Part shown: one piece after another, positions 47,229 to 61,654 of the stretch
How the letters are laid out: each line of letters starts with the position of its first letter
How positions within the stretch are numbered: the first letter of the stretch is position 1
From: Squalus acanthias
Lineage: Eukaryota
NCBI GenBank assembly: GCA_030390025.1
Contig: CM059431.1
Location: 119,290,001 to 119,354,000, forward strand
Reading direction: 5' to 3'
Length of the DNA: 64,000 nucleotides
Notes under the pieces: generated by a model
The model's input: the letters and a program-made list of their open reading frames with translations, nothing else
Told to the model about the DNA's origin: nothing
Database searches by the model: none
Program-made: the position numbers and the translations under genes

Positions 47229-50200
47229 CCTATACGTCATTCCTCTCACTATGAAGGCCAACATACCATTTGCCTTCTTAACCGTCTGCTGCACCTGCAT
47301 GCTTACCTTCAGCGACTGGTGCACAAGGACACCCAGGTCTCGTTGCACTTCCCCTTTTCCCAATCTATTGCCGTTCAGATAATAATCTGTCTTCCTGTTT
47401 TTGCCACCAAAGTGGATAACCTCGCATTTATCCACATTATACTGCATCTGCCATGCATCTGCCCAATCACCCAACCTGTCCAAATCATACTGGAGTTTCT
47501 CTGCATCCTCCTAACATGCGCACACGCCCACCCAGCTTTGTGTCGTCTGCAAACTTGGAGAAATTACATCTAGTTCCCTCGTCTAGATCATTGATATATA
47601 TTGTGAATAACTGGGGTCCTAGCACCGATCCCTGTGGTACCCCACTAGTCACTGCCTGCCACGCGGAAAAAGACCCGTTTATTCCAACTCTTTGCTTCCT
47701 GTCTGCCAACCAGTTCTCTATCCAAGTCAATACCTTACCCCCAATCCCATGTGCTTTAACTTTGCACACTAATCTCTTATGTGGGACCTTATCGAAAGCC
47801 TTCTGAAAGTCCAAATACACCACATCCACTGGTTCTCCCTTATCTATTCTACCAGTTACATCCTCAAAAAATTCCAGTAGATTAGTCAAGCATGATTTAC
47901 CTTTTGTAAATCCATTTTGACTTTGTCCGATCCTGTCACTGTTTTCCAAGTGCTCTGCTATTGCATCTTTTATAATGGACTCTAGCATTTTCCCCACTAC
48001 CGATGTCAGGCTTACCGGTCTATAATTCCCTGTTTTCTCTCTACCACCTTTTTTAAATCGTGGGGTTACATTAGCTACCCTCCAATCCATGGGAACTGTT
48101 CCAGAGTCTATAGAATTTTGGAAGATGACCAGCAATGCATCTACTATTTCTAGGGCCACTTCCTTAAGTACCCTAGGATGTAGATTATCAGGCCCTGGGG
48201 ATTTATCGGCCTTCAATCCCGTCAGTTTCCCGAACACCATTTCCCTACAAATACTGATTTCATTCAGTTCCTCCCTCTCATTGGACCCTATGTTCCCCAA
48301 CATCTCTGGGAAGTAATTTGTGTCCTCCTTTGTGAAGACAGAACCAAAGTATGTATTTCATTGGTCTGCCATTTCTTTGTTCACCATTATAAATTCCCCT
48401 GATTCTGACTGCAAGGGACCTACGCTTGACTTCACCAATCTTTTTCTCTTTATATATCGATAGAAGCTTTTACAGTCAGTTTTTATGTTCCCTGAAAGCT
48501 TACTCTCATACTCTATTTTCCCCTTCTTAATTAATCCCTTTGTCCTCCTTTGCTGAATCCTAAACTTGTCCCAATCCTCAGGTTTGCTGCTTTTTCTGGC
48601 CAATTTATATCTCCTCTCCTTGGATCTTATGCTATCCCTAATTTCCCTTGTTAGCCACGGTTGAGTCACTTTTTTTGTTTTATTTTTATGCCAAACAGGG
48701 ATGAACAAATTCTGTAGTTCTTCCATGCGATCTTTAAATGTTTGCCATTGCCTATCCACCGTCTTCCCTTTAAGTAACATTTCCCAATCCATCCTAGCCT
48801 ACTCGCGCCTCATACCATCGTAGTTTCCTTTATTTAAATTCAGGACCCTAGTCTCTGAGTCAACTACTTCACTCTCCATCTTAATGAAGAATTCTATCAT
48901 ATTATGATCGCTCCTCCCCAAGGGGCCTCGCACAACAAGATTGCTAATTAATCCTTTCTCATTACATAATACCCAGTCGAAGATGGCCTGATCTGTAGTT
49001 GGTTCCTTTATATATTGGTCCAGGAAACCATCCCGTATACACTCCAGGAATTCCTCCTCCACAGTATTGTTACTAATTTGGTTAGCCCAATCTATATGTA
49101 GATTAAAGTCACCCATGATAACTGCAGTGCCCTTATTGCACGCATCTCTAATTTCCCGTTTAATGCCATCCCCAACCTCAGCATTACTGTTTGGGGGTCT
49201 GTATACAACTCCCACTAATTTTTTCTGCCCCTTGGTATTTCTCAGCTCTACCTATACAGATTCCACATCATCAGAGCTAATATCCTTCCTTACTATTGTG
49301 TTAATCTCCTCTTTGACCAGCAATGCTACCCCACCTCTTTTTCCTTTTTGCCTGTCCTTCCTGAATATTGAATACCCCTGGATGTTGAATTCCCAGCCTT
49401 GGTCACCCTGGAGCCATGTCTCCGCAATCCCAATTATATCATATCCGTTTACATCTATTTGCGCAGCTAATTCATCCACCTTATTATGAATGCTCCTTGC
49501 ATTAAGACACAAGCCTTAAGGCTTGTTTTTTTAATACTCTTAGACATTTTAAAATTATTGTTTACTGTGGCCATGTTTGATTTACACCCTTGATTTCTCT
49601 GACTTCCACTTTTGCTTTTCTCCTTCCTGTCTTTTGCTTCTATCCTTGCTTCCCTTTCCTCTGTCTCCCTGCACAGGTTCCTAACCCCCTGCCATTTTAG
49701 TTTAAACCCTCCCCAACAGCACTAGCAAACACTCCCCCTAGGATATCGGTCCCGGTCCTGCCCAGGTGCAAACCATCCAGTTTTTACTGGACCCTCCTCC
49801 CCCAGAACCGGTTCCAATGTCCCAGGAATTTGAATCCCTTCCCCTTGCACCATTCCTCGAGCCACGTATTCATCTGAAATATCCTTCTATTTCTACTCTG
49901 ACTAGCACGTGGCACTGGTAGCAATCCTGAGATTACTACCTTTGAGGTCCTATTTTTTAATTTACCTCCTAACTCCCTATATTCAGCTTTTAGGACCTCA
50001 TCCCGTTCTTTACCTATATCGTTGGTACCTATATGCACCATGACAACTGGCTGTTCACCCTCCCCCTCCAGAATGCCCTGCAGCCGCTCCGAGACATCCT
50101 TGACCCTTGCACCAGGGAGGCAACATACCATCTTGGAGTCTCGTTTGCGGCCCCAGAAACGCCTATCTATTCCCCTTACAATAGAATCCCCTATCACTAT

Positions 50201-50985
50201 AGCTCTCCCGCTTTTTTTCCTCCCGTCCTGTGCAGCAGAACCACCCATGGTGCCAGAAGTTGGCTGCTGCCTTCCCCCGATAAGCCATCTCCCTCAACAA
50301 TATCCAAAGCAGTATATCTGTTTGAGAGGGGGATGGCCACAGGGGACCCCTGCACTACCTGCCTGCACCTACTACTCTGCCTGGCGGTCAACGATTCCCT
50401 TCCTGCCTGTGCAGCCTTTACCTGCGGTGTGACCAACTCATTAAATATGCTATCAACGACGTCCTCAGCATTGAGAATGCTCCAGTATGTATCCATTTGC
50501 AGCTCCAGCTGGATACACTTCCCGCACACATGGTCGTCAGGGACACAGGAAGTGTCCCTGATTTCCCACATAGTGCAGGAGGAGCATGCCACAGGGCCGA
50601 GCTGTGCTGCCATGACTTACCCTTTAATTAATTTAAATTAAATTAGATCAAATCAATACCACTAATTACACTACAATTAAATGATATACGCAAGGGCCCT
50701 TGTTTACTAGCACGCCCCGCTACACAACAGAGACCTTCGAAACTATAACCACAAAATTAAGACCTTCTAAACTTTGTAAACTATTAACCTTAACTGTCAA
50801 ACTATAGAGTAGTATAAATACTCACCTGGCCGTACTCACCCAATCAGCTGCTTCCTCTTGCCCGCGTTACTTTTTGAATCATGACGTGGCTCTGGAACGC
50901 TGCCACCGGTCTGCGAGATTGGTAAGCCTCTGAAAAAAAGCCCATGAAAGTGAGTTTAAGTACTCACTGTACCGCCGCTCTCTGT
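47229..50985 (-). mobile_element. CR1 LINE with 5'UTR, ORF1 and 3'-truncated ORF2
   Basis: ORF1 remnants: Cys motif CSSCTMW...CGKC and SGNH-esterase motifs GDSIVR, LPGARV, HIGTND (49784-50613). ORF2 endonuclease + RT at 49512-47229 with stops and frameshifts. Confidence 0.93.
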
Positions 50986-51559
50986 ACAGCCAGGGAAACA
51001 ACCTCTCAGCGTCTACCCTGTCAAGCCCTCTCAGAGTCTTATATCTCTAATATTAGGCTCTATTGCTAAAGTACAGTGAGACTAAATTAATTTGTGACAC
51101 TAGGTTCTAACACTGCAAAGTTACTCAGTTTATATCCTACAACTTTTTTTTCTCCACAGATACTGACTGACCTGCTGAGTGATTCCAACAATTTCTGTTT
51201 TTGTTTCAGATTTCCAGCATCTGTATTTTCTTTGTTTCACGTACTCCCAGGGCTTGTATATTACCTATTAGATCCATGATAGGTTTCTCTATTTTGAGAT
51301 AGCGAAGTGTTTTGACCCCAATCTCATACTACAGATCTTCTATTGCCTCCACAGCCTCTCCCTGTGGTCTCTCTGGATGAAGCTGTCAATTCAGTGTGAA
51401 ATTATGGATGGTTATGCGCTGTGAACTCAGGTCACTTTATTTTACATACAGACCTTGCAGCGGGCATAAACAGGAAAAGACTTATATTAGTCCGAGCTTG
51501 ATTGAAGCTAAGATCCCAGAAATGATAGACCAGTCTGCCAATCTATTGTGCCAAACAAT

Positions 51560-52030
51560 CAACCTTGTTTATAGGGGTCATCAGATCGAGGTTCATAAGA
51601 TGCTGAATGAAATAGATAGTATTTGAGTTGACAGTTTGTTCCAATTAAATAGTTAAGGGAGGATCAGGGATTTCAATTTTAAGGTATACAAGGCCAGATC
51701 TAGGTTAGGTGTTAGGAGGTGGTTCTTTTCCCAGAGAAGGGTGGAACTCTAGAACAGGCTGCTGCCTCATGTGGTGGGCACCGATTCGCTGAATTCCTTC
51801 AAGGGAGAGCTGGACCTGTTCCTGGCTGGGGTGGAGATCACCTCCTACAAAAGGTAGTTACTGCATAGAATTATCAGGGCCACAGTGATCTCCCGGACTA
51901 GTTTCAATCGCATAAGGGGGTCGGAGAGAAACTTTCCAATTTTTTTCCCACCAAATTGGCCTGGGTTTTTACCTGGTTTTCCTCCTCTTCCCAAGAGACG
52001 AAATGGTTTCATACAGAGAAATATATACAG
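51560..52030 (+). mobile_element. CR1-type LINE 3' end
   Basis: RG.QIEV.K...FFSQR..W...LNSFK.ELD.FL remnant followed by a 3'UTR. Confidence 0.65.
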
Positions 52031-52691
52031 GGAAGTTGCAACATGGTAACAGGCCATTCCGCCCAACCAGTCCATGTCAGAGTTTAGCCCTTCACTTCCC
52101 GTTACATGAGATCACCGGTCACGACTTCACCTTCCATTGTAGTTGAACAGCGGGGGGATTTTTTCGAGCTGAAAGGATGGATTCATCGAGGCTCGGCTCC
52201 GCTCCCTTCGTCCATTCCTGACGGTACTTTTCATTTTCCTCTCCCTAAGGGTTGGTGAGCTCGGGGGGAGGTGGTGGGGGTGGGGGGGCAGTGAGGGTGG
52301 ATCCGGGTTCCACAGGCATCGGGCTCTCTCTGTACCGCACCTGAGAGACCACTCTTCACAAGCCCGGAGAGTGAGTGCTATTCAACTGTGAGGGGATGCA
52401 GCTGAGCCCAATCCTGCCCGAACCCGAGATGCACACTTGCCAGCGGGGTGGTGAAATGGTTCGTTCACTGGATGGTGATCAGGAACTGGAATCCGAGGGG
52501 TTTATTTCCCAGCCTCCCCTTGCCCATAGTTTGAAATGCTCAGTGCCGTCAAGCGGAGACTAGACTGGGTGACGGTGAGGCTTGACTGGATCCAATTGGT
52601 GTTCATGCCTTGACCCATGGAGGCAACAAAATATGTCAATGCTCCTGATCCCAATTCAAAGACTCCCTCACCTGCTATAACACAAGGGTTA

Positions 52692-53060
52692 GAACATCAG
52701 AACATAAAAAGTAGGAGCGGGAATAGGCCATTCGGCCCCTCGAACCTGCTCCGCTATTCAATAAGATCATGGCTGATCTTTGACATCAACTCCACTTTCC
52801 CGCCTGATCGCCATATCACTTGATTCCCTTAGTGCCCAAAAAATCTATCAATCTCGGCCTTGAATATACCCATTGACTGAACATCCACAGCCCTTTGGGT
52901 AGAATTCCAAAGATTCACAACCCTCTGAGTGAAGAAATTCTTCCTCATCTCAGTCTTAAATGGCCGACCCCTTATCCTGAGACTATGGCCCCTAGCTCTA
53001 GACACTCCAGCCAGGGGAAACAACCTCTCAGCATCCACCCTGTCAAGCCCCCTCAAAGTC
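52692..53060 (-). mobile_element. CR1 3' end
   Basis: RGLDRVDAERLFP...KNFFTQRVVNLWNS on the minus strand, plus tail. Confidence 0.85.
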
Positions 53061-54844
53061 TTATATCTCTAATATTAGGCTCTACTGCGATGCTGCCACA
53101 GTCCAATAGCCAGGCAACACTCACTGCCTAGGCTGGCAGATGAAGACTTGGTGAAGTAAAGGAAAGGGTGCTGGAGTATGCGGAATTGTCCCCTGGCAAG
53201 AAGGCAGGACAGGAGAGGTGGGAGAGAGAGAGGACAGAAAAATGTTTTTAAAAAACATGCAAAAGTTTGTATTCAGCTTTCTGAAGGTGACCTTGGGTTA
53301 AAACAAGAACCTGTCAATCCTGCTATGTTCAACTGAAGGGATAATTACTAGTCCTAGCCCCTTTAGGACTACCCCAGATCAGGCATATTCCCCAGATGTT
53401 CACTTTCAACTAAAGTTTGAGGTAGCCAAATCCTAAAGACGCTTAATTGGGTCTAAAGGTCCAGACTATCTCTCTCTAAAGGAAAGGAACAACCTGAAGA
53501 TGTTACAGTCCTCCAGATAGCACTTTTAATAAGTTTAGCTCGACTGTCATGTTCCGGATATTATGAGAGTCCGGAAAACTCCCTCAGAATTCTGCAACTC
53601 CTCACCAAAGAGCATACAGAGATTGAGTTTGCGAGTTTGATACCGAAGTATTATGAGAGACAATTCCAAAAATATATAGATTTATTAAAGAACCGACATG
53701 TAATTTACAGTTAGTGATTCAATCGCAACATTAACAGTTCCAAAAACAGAAATCTTACAATTCTTATTATCAGAGATCCGTATTCTCAAATTTTAACTTC
53801 ATTACATTTTTACAGTTCTTAGTCTTTATTCCAGGATATCCACCAAAATCAAATACAGTACAATACCTTGATCCCCGAGGTACAAAAAGTTGTAGACTTA
53901 CAGAGCTTGCCTCTGAAGCCTGAGAATCGCTTTGCCCCTTTACAGCGAGACTATCATCCCATTTGAAAGTTCAATATTTATATCCTTTCTCAGTGGTATG
54001 TCCTTTGAAGTTTTCTGCTGATGTAAGTTAATTATCTCTAGTCATTTTTCTGCTGACCCCTGCTATTCTTACTGCTAGCTGGTAGCATTAAGAATCGTGT
54101 CTCTACCTTTAGGTGTTCGAAACTTATCATAAAAATGGTGTGACAGCAGATGCATCTATTTGATGTCATTCTTACCAAGGTCTTCTGTTTGTGTCCTTTT
54201 ACGATGTATAAATTAAAAACACCTCAATCGGGTGCACCATTGTCTTCTTAGTTACCTCAGCTGTTTGCAACACAGAATTGTGTCTCCTGTGTTTCATTTG
54301 ATGTCATTTTTACGAAGGCATATTTTTCTTAATTTTCTGTGTTTCTTTCCAAAGTGTAATTTAGGACACCTTAACAGGGTGTACCATTGTGTTCTTTCCA
54401 AGGCATCAAACTATCAGGAACCTCCAACCTCCTGTTTCAATAAGGTTATTGATTCAGTGTCAACAACTTATCTTATCTCAATAGCCTGAATGCTGTTAAC
54501 AATACAGCTTTTCCTAGCCAGGTTTCTAGATTTCCGGACCTAGTTTGTCATGTTTTAATAAGGCCAGAATTATTTCATAGAATGGTGTATTTTTTCTGAA
54601 TATGGCTTATTCCTTCACACATCCAGCGCTGTTTTGTGTTTTTTTTAAATAATTTATTCTCAAATGTATATGAATTAATTTATGATGATGGTTAAATGCC
54701 CTTTCATTTAATTGCTGAAATGGTCCATACTCACTGACAATGCTCGATGGACTAAAATGTCTCTGACAATCAAAAGGCAGAGGTATTTCTCTATAATACA
54801 TTTCTCTGCTTCTAAGACATGGGGTCACAGATTACATCACATCG

Positions 54845-56500
54845 GGGAGATATCTATGCACGGACTGGTGTCTCTCAGTCCCCTCACGCTCAGGGAGGAA
54901 TCTGTACACTAACTGGTGTCTCTCAGTCTCCTCTCCCTCATGAAAATATCTATATATTGACTGGTGTCCCTCAGTCCCCCTCTCTCCGGGAGATATCTAT
55001 ACATTGATTGACGTCTCTCAGTCCCTCTCTCTCTGGGAGATATCTGTACACTGACTGGTGTCTCTCAGTCCCCTCTCTTTCAGAGAGATAACTATACACT
55101 GACTGGTGTCTCTCAGTCCCTCTCTCAATGAGATATATGTACACTGACTGGTGTCTCTCATTCCCCTCTCCCTCATGGAAATGTCTATACATTGACTGGT
55201 GTCTCTCAGTCCCTCTGTCTCCTGGAGATATCTGTACACTGACTGGTGTCCCTCAGTCCCCTCTCCATCAAGGAAATATCGCTACACTGACCTGTGTCTC
55301 TCAATCCCTCTCTCTTTGGGAGATATCTGTACACTAACTTGTGTCTCTCAGTTCCCTCTCTCTCTTTCAGGGAGATATCTGTAAGCTGATTGGTGTCTCT
55401 CAGTCCCCTCTCCCTCAGGGAGGTATCTGTACTCTGACTGATGTCTCTCAGTCCCTTCTCCCTCAAGGAGATATCTATACATTGACTGATGTCTCTCTGT
55501 CCCCTCTCTTTCAGGGAGATATCTATACAATGACTGGTGTCTCTCAGTCCCCCCTCCCTCAGACAGATATCTGTACACTGACTGGTGTCTCTCAGTCCCC
55601 CCTCCCTCAGACACATATCTGTACACTGACTGGTGTCGCTCAGTCCTCTCTCCCTCAGGGAGATACTTGTACACAGACTGATGTCCCTCAGCCCCCTCTC
55701 CCTCAGGGAGATATCTGTACACTGACTGGTGTCTCTCAGTCCCTCTCTCTCCGGGAGATATCTGTAAGCTGACTGGTGTCTCTCAGTCCCTCTCTCCCTG
55801 GGAGATATCTGCAAGCGGACTGGTGACTCTCAGTCCCTCTCTCTTTGGTAGATAGCTGTACACTGAATTGTTGTCTCTCTGTCCCCTCTCCATCAGGGAG
55901 ATACCTGCACACTGACCGGTGTCTCTCAGTCCCTCTCTCTCTGAGAGATATCTGTACACTGACTGGTGTCTTTCAGACCCCTCGCTCTCTCAGGGAGATA
56001 TCTGTCAGCTGACTGGTGTCTGCCAGTCACTCTCCTTCTGGTAGATATCTGTACACTGACTGGTGTCCCTCAGTACCCTCTCCATCAGGGAGATATCTGT
56101 ACACTGACCGGTGTCTCTCAGTCCCTCTCTCTCTGGGAGATATCTGTACACTAACTGGTGTCTCTCAGTTCCCTCTCTCTCTCTCAGGGAGATATCTGTA
56201 CACTGGCTGGTGTCTCTTAGTCACTCTCCCTCAGGGAGATATCTGTAAGCTGACTGGTGTCTCTCAGTCCCCTCTCCCTCAGGGAGATATCTGTACACTG
56301 GCTGGTGTCTCTCAGTCACTCTCCCTCAGGGAGATATCTGTAAGCTGACTGGTGTCTCTCAGTCCCCTCTCCCTCAGGGAGATATCTGTACACTGACTGG
56401 TGTCTCTCAGTCCCCTCTCCGTCAGGGAGGTATCTGTACTCTGACTGATGTCTCTCAGTCCCTCTCTGTCAGGGAGATATCTGTACACTGAATGGTGTCC
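54845..56500. repeat. ~45-48-bp minisatellite (~35 copies)
   Basis: Unit ~gggagatatctgtacactgactggtgtctctcagtcccctctccctca. Confidence 0.95.
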
Positions 56501-56745
56501 TCTTTGAGCGAGAGGGACTGAAGTATTTAAGATGGTCGCACACACACAAACACGGAGTCTATTGGATTGCATTTGGAGAATGGCTCTTGTCCTCAGTATA
56601 TATTAGATGATTTCTTTGCTATTTCCAATTGAGAACAATTAGTTAAATATTGTATAATTACATATGATGTGTACATAAGGTGATAGAAGTGTTATAAATA
56701 CTGCTTAAGCTCCTAGAAGCTGGCTTTTTGATTTTAACAGACTGA

Positions 56746-57633
56746 GGGGGAAAAATTCGGTTGCTTTGCGCCTCCCGTTAGCGCCCTAAGAGGGCGCTAA
56801 TGGGGCGCAAAGTAACTAGCCACCGGGCGCGGCGATGTTTGCGCCGCTCGCGAAATTGACCAGACATTTTGTAGCGATGCTAAACACTACCGCCACGATC
56901 TCCTGCACCTGCAGATCGTGACGTCAGTTGAGCGTGCAACGCCCCGGTAGCGCCCTGGACCGGATATTGCGTGGCGCCCCCTGTCTTACCGCCTGCTGCT
57001 AGCAACGACAGGTTGAGGGGAACGTTTTGCAGTCGGGAAGGGACTGGGGAAGCACTATTTGAAGGCGACCGCTTCCAGACTTATTTTGTCAGCGACATTT
57101 TTGCACCACGCATTCTGAGAGAGAGAGACTTCTGGAGAGACTCAATGCTGTGTGAAGGATTTTTGGGTACTGAGCTGCACTTTGCAGGTTCATTTTGTTT
57201 TGACCTTCCTTGCATCGATTTAGAAGAGTCTATGGGGGTTGCACTCTGAGCTCTTTTCCTGGGCCTTTCCATTGTTCTTTCCAGCAGGATTGATGTACAG
57301 GTCTCTCCAGGCCGAGATTCAAGGCTGCAATGAGCAGGGTGTGGATGGAGAGCAAGATCGGCCCTCCCCTTTAAGAACTGGCCGGCGCCAGTGTATCTGT
57401 GTTCCATTGCTGACTGACATCACATGAGCTTCGCCAGCGCTCTGAGTTAACGCCTCGCTCCTCGGCGTTAGCGCCTTAAGAGAGGTGTGTAGCACCTGAT
57501 TTAGCGCTCCAATCACCTCCGGGGACGATAGAAGCCAAGTTTGCAGTCGGAGTCGATAATTAGCGCCAGGCACTAAAGTTTGCGCCCGGCCGATAATTGC
57601 ACCCCAAACGGGGCGATACCAAATTTCTCCCCC
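56746..57633. mobile_element. Harbinger-type MITE
   Basis: TIRs gggggaaaaattcgg / ccaaatttctccccc, flanks TGA / TTA, and internal ttagcgcc motifs as in the other Harbinger ends. Confidence 0.7.
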
Positions 57634-57869
57634 TTAATGTTCTTCTAACTTCCAAAAAATTGTTGAGGCTTGTAATCAAATTGTTTATTTTTGATTTTTC
57701 AGATTGATCTATAAAGTGCTGAACCCTTTTTGCAGTTTTTGAAATAAAACTATTCTCTCTGTCATGCAACATTATGGCTGGTTGACCCAGGACCATCCAA
57801 TTATAAGGCCAGTTGCTATGAGAAACTGTCCCAGCAGCGGCTGCAGTGAGGCTCGTTGCCATGGGATGT

Positions 57870-58275
57870 CGGCCTACATTGAGGCCTGTTGCTATGGTAA
57901 GCTAACCAGGGCCTACATTGAGGCCTGTTCCTATGATAAGCTAACCAGGGCCTACATTGAGGCCTGTTTCTATGATAAGCTAACCAGGGCCTACATTGAA
58001 GCCTGTTGCTATGATAAGCTAACCAGGGCCTACATTGAGCCCTGTTGCTATGGTAAGCTAACCAGGGCCTACATTGAGGCCTGTTTCTATGATAAGCTAA
58101 CCAGGGCCTACATTGAAGCCTGTTGCTATGATAAGCTAACCAGGGCCTACATTGAGGCCTGTTGCTATGGTAAGCTAACCAGGGCCTACATTGAAATCTG
58201 TTGCTATTGTAAGCTAACCAGGGCCTACATTGAGGCCTTTTGCTATGGTAAACAAACCAGGTCCTACATTGAGGC
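57870..58275. repeat. 39-bp minisatellite (~10.5 copies)
   Basis: Unit ggcctacattgaggcctgttgctatggtaagctaaccag. Confidence 0.95.
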
Positions 58276-58615
58276 TCATGACTCTCCTTTCCATGTTTTG
58301 TCATGTGGAAATGTTTTTCCTCCAGTCAGAACCTCAGATATCAATAAGATCGAAAACTTCCCATATGAGGGAAAGCCATTCAACCAAATTGGCATTTTAA
58401 CTACCTGGAATAGTGGCAATGGGCACAAACACCCTGCTTTCCAATTTAAAGATGGATTGTTCCTGAATGGCTGATGACAGCAGTACTAACAGGCCCAATG
58501 GCATCCCACGATGGAGGTCTAGGAGCTCTGATTTTATGTCTTGTTAAAATGTCTCTCAATCAAGCAGAACCCATCCAAATTTATTATCAGAGCAAACAAG
58601 GCCACATCGAGAGAT

Positions 58616-59267
58616 TGGTAAAAATTGGGTAGCGCCCTACATTCGCCAGGAAGTTAGTGCCCCCCCCCCCCTTCGCCGGGAAGTTAGCGCCCCCACGGCC
58701 GATTTTCCCAGGTAGCGCCCCGAGATGGAGGAGGGGCACTACTGGAAGCAGCCCGCGTCCCTATTGGGGCACTGCGGCATGTTGCGCCGCGGTACAGCAG
58801 GCCTTCTTCCCCTTATTAAAGGGGAGGGACCTGGCGCAGCACATCCCGGCGCCCAGCTGGGCCACCAGGGATTGGGCGTGCCTGCAAACGAACCTGACAC
58901 CCAAGAGGAGTGCCGGGCTCACGGAGAGCAGCCGGCACCCCACGGGGGGGCTTCACGGGGGTCGGGGACAGCAACGGGGGCAGGTGCTGGCAGGCGGCCA
59001 GCAACAAAAATGGCCGCCCACCACCTCCCCTTTAACAAGCGCCGCCCCGGCCGCAGGTAGGCCCCCCCTGACCCCGGCGGACATAGCATCGGCAGTAAGT
59101 CGGGGGGAACCACCCAATATTACAGCCAGGGCGCGAGCGGGGCGTGAGCGGGGCGTGAGCGGGGCGCTTCGCATGCTGAATTTCGCGGGAGGCGTTAGCG
59201 GCGCCACGCCCAGTCGCTAGTTGATTTGTGCTAACAGGAGGCACAAATCAACCAAATTTAGCCCCCC
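58616..59267. mobile_element. GC-rich Harbinger-type MITE
   Basis: Ends ggtaaaaattggg / ccaaatttagccccc, with tagcgcc motifs. Confidence 0.55.
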
Positions 59268-59704
59268 TTTGTTTCCTTTCAAATCTTCCTTTGGCATAGG
59301 CACAGGAGGAGGCCATTCAGACCCTTCAGCCTGTTCCACCATTCAATTAGATCTGTATCTTAACTACATCTTACCTGGCACTCAAGAGATTAGTCTGATC
59401 AGACAGACCGATGCTTATCTTATAGAATTGTTATTCAAAATAGCCTAGTGTACATGAAGCGATGTGTGAAATTTATGAATGAATTTTTGAATCGATCGAG
59501 AAATGATTCAACTCTGTACAGCTGTCCAGAGTTTGAAATAAAATAACCATTTGTTCTATAACTTCAAGTGGAGTCTTTCTGTTCAATGTTCAGTCTGGGG
59601 TTAGCTTGGCGAGAGCGGGTGAGTTCTGACGGGGGCGGTGTTGTGTTGGTACAATTCATGATGGTGCTGATCACGTCAGCTTTGGCCTCCTTAAATAAGG
59701 AGAT

Positions 59705-60900
59705 GTTGTTTATATAGATATCCATAAGACATTTGATAAAGTCCCACATAAGAGTCTGTTAACTAAGGTAGAAGCCCATGGAATTGAAGGCAAATTATTG
59801 GCCTGGTTCAGAAATTGGCTGAGCAGCAGGAGACAGAGAGTAGGGATAATGGGCAGGTACTCTAATTGGCAGGATATAAATAGTGATGTCCCGTAGGGAT
59901 CTGTGTTGAGGCCTCAACTATTTGCCCTATTTATTAACGACTTAGATGATGGTATAGAAAGTCATATATCCAAATTTGCCGATGACACAAAGATAGCTGG
60001 CATTGTAGGCAGTGTAGATGGAAGCATAAAATTACAAAGAGATATTGATAGATTAAGTGAATGGGCAAAACTGTGGCAAATGAATTTCAATGTAGGTAAA
60101 TGTGAGGTCATCCAATATGGACCTAAAATGGATAGAACAGGGTACTTTATAAATGGTGAAAAGCTAAAAACAGTGGAGGTCCAAAGAGACTTGGGGGGTC
60201 CAGGTACATAGATCATTAAAATGTCATCAAGAGGTACAGAAAATAATCAAAAAGGCTAATGGAATGCTGGCCTTTATATCTAGAGGACTAGAATACAAGT
60301 GGGTAGTAGAAGTTATGCTTCAGCCACACAAAGTCCTGGTTAGACTCCACCTGGAGCATTGTGAGCAGTTCTGGGCACCACACCTTATATTGGCCCTGGA
60401 GGTTCAGCGTAGGTTTACCAGAATGATACCTGGACTCCAAGGGTTAAATTACGAGGAGAGATTACACAAATTAGGCTTGTATTTCCTGGAATTTAGAAGG
60501 TTAAGGGGTGATCTGATCGAAGTTTTCAAGATATTAAGGGGAACAGATAGGGTAGATAGAGAGAAACTATTTCCGCTGCTTGGGGAGTCTAGGACTAGGG
60601 GGCATAGTCTTAAAATAAGAGCCAGATCTTTCAGAAGTGAAATTAGGAAACACTTCTACACACAAAGGGTGGTAGAAGTTTATAACTCTCTTCCACAAAC
60701 GGCAATTGATGCTAGATCAATTGTTAATTTTAAATCTGCGATTGATAGATTTCTGTTAACCAAAGGTATTAAGGGATATGGGCCAAAGGCAGGTATATGG
60801 AGTTAGGTCGCTCCGGCTGGGGTGGGGATTGTACATATTGTGATGCACAAGGTATCACAAGTGTGTGGGACAGACTGAATGGACGAGAGCGTCTTTTCCT
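59705..60900 (+). mobile_element. CR1 3' part (RT C-terminal half), degraded
   Basis: [47 protein letters not shown]. Confidence 0.9.
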
Positions 60901-61654
60901 ATCATTGAACGTATGTTCGTATATCACGTATGAAAGTTCCAAAAGAAAAACTACAGGAGTGAATTTCCTTGGACCGCTCACACCGTAACTTCACGAGAAA
61001 TGCACCCTATTTACACACATAGGCAGAGTTTATGGTGCACTACTGGCAAAATTACGGTGGTGGAGGGCACAATGCCCTAAGGAAATTCTGGCTTTTGTTT
61101 CCCCTTCCAGTGTTGTGCTGTGACATTGACATATTATGAGCACTTGTCTCATAAAAAGAGTTCCATTATTACTCTTCTTCAAAGATGTACAAAGTAAGTA
61201 CACAAGATAATTGTGAAGAGGAAGGCCATTTGACCCATTATCGTTAGCCAACCTGAAAAACCCCAAAGACCCCTCCACCCCCACTGCAGCAATAAATTGG
61301 TTCTTAAATAATTCCAGGGCTTTCATCTGGACTGATCACTCTGTGTGTGAAGAAGAACTTTATAATATCAGTCCTAACTTTGCTTTTGTCTAGTTTTAAC
61401 CTGTGCCTGCTCATTCCATTCTCCCAATTTAACAACGTAATTTTTTTTTCAGATTTACATTTTCCATGCCATTTACTATCTGATATATTTCTAGAAAATT
61501 ATCTCTCATAGGCCTCCTGTGAAAGCTGAAAAACCCAAGCTTCTCCAGTCATTCTTCATAACTGAGACCTCTAAAACTAGCAATTAATTTCATGGGTCTT
61601 CACGACACTGCCTCCAACACTTGACTATCTCCCTTGTATTTCGGTGACCATGAC

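Noticed and set aside
50988..51062. ~75-bp direct repeat of 53010-53084 (CR1 piece + ctctaatattaggctcta)
   Set aside because: Probably a small local duplication or rearrangement next to the CR1 insertion. Too short to interpret.
53545..54620. Possible solo LTR of another family (TG start, minus-strand AATAAA and TATA-like words)
   Set aside because: No matching TSD, no second copy in the window and uncertain boundaries. The same applies to a candidate starting at ~16128.
54819..56572. Repetitive ORFs and CRISPR-like periodicity in the ~46-bp array
   Set aside because: Head-to-tail minisatellite with no unique spacers and variable unit length. The context is eukaryotic with no cas genes.
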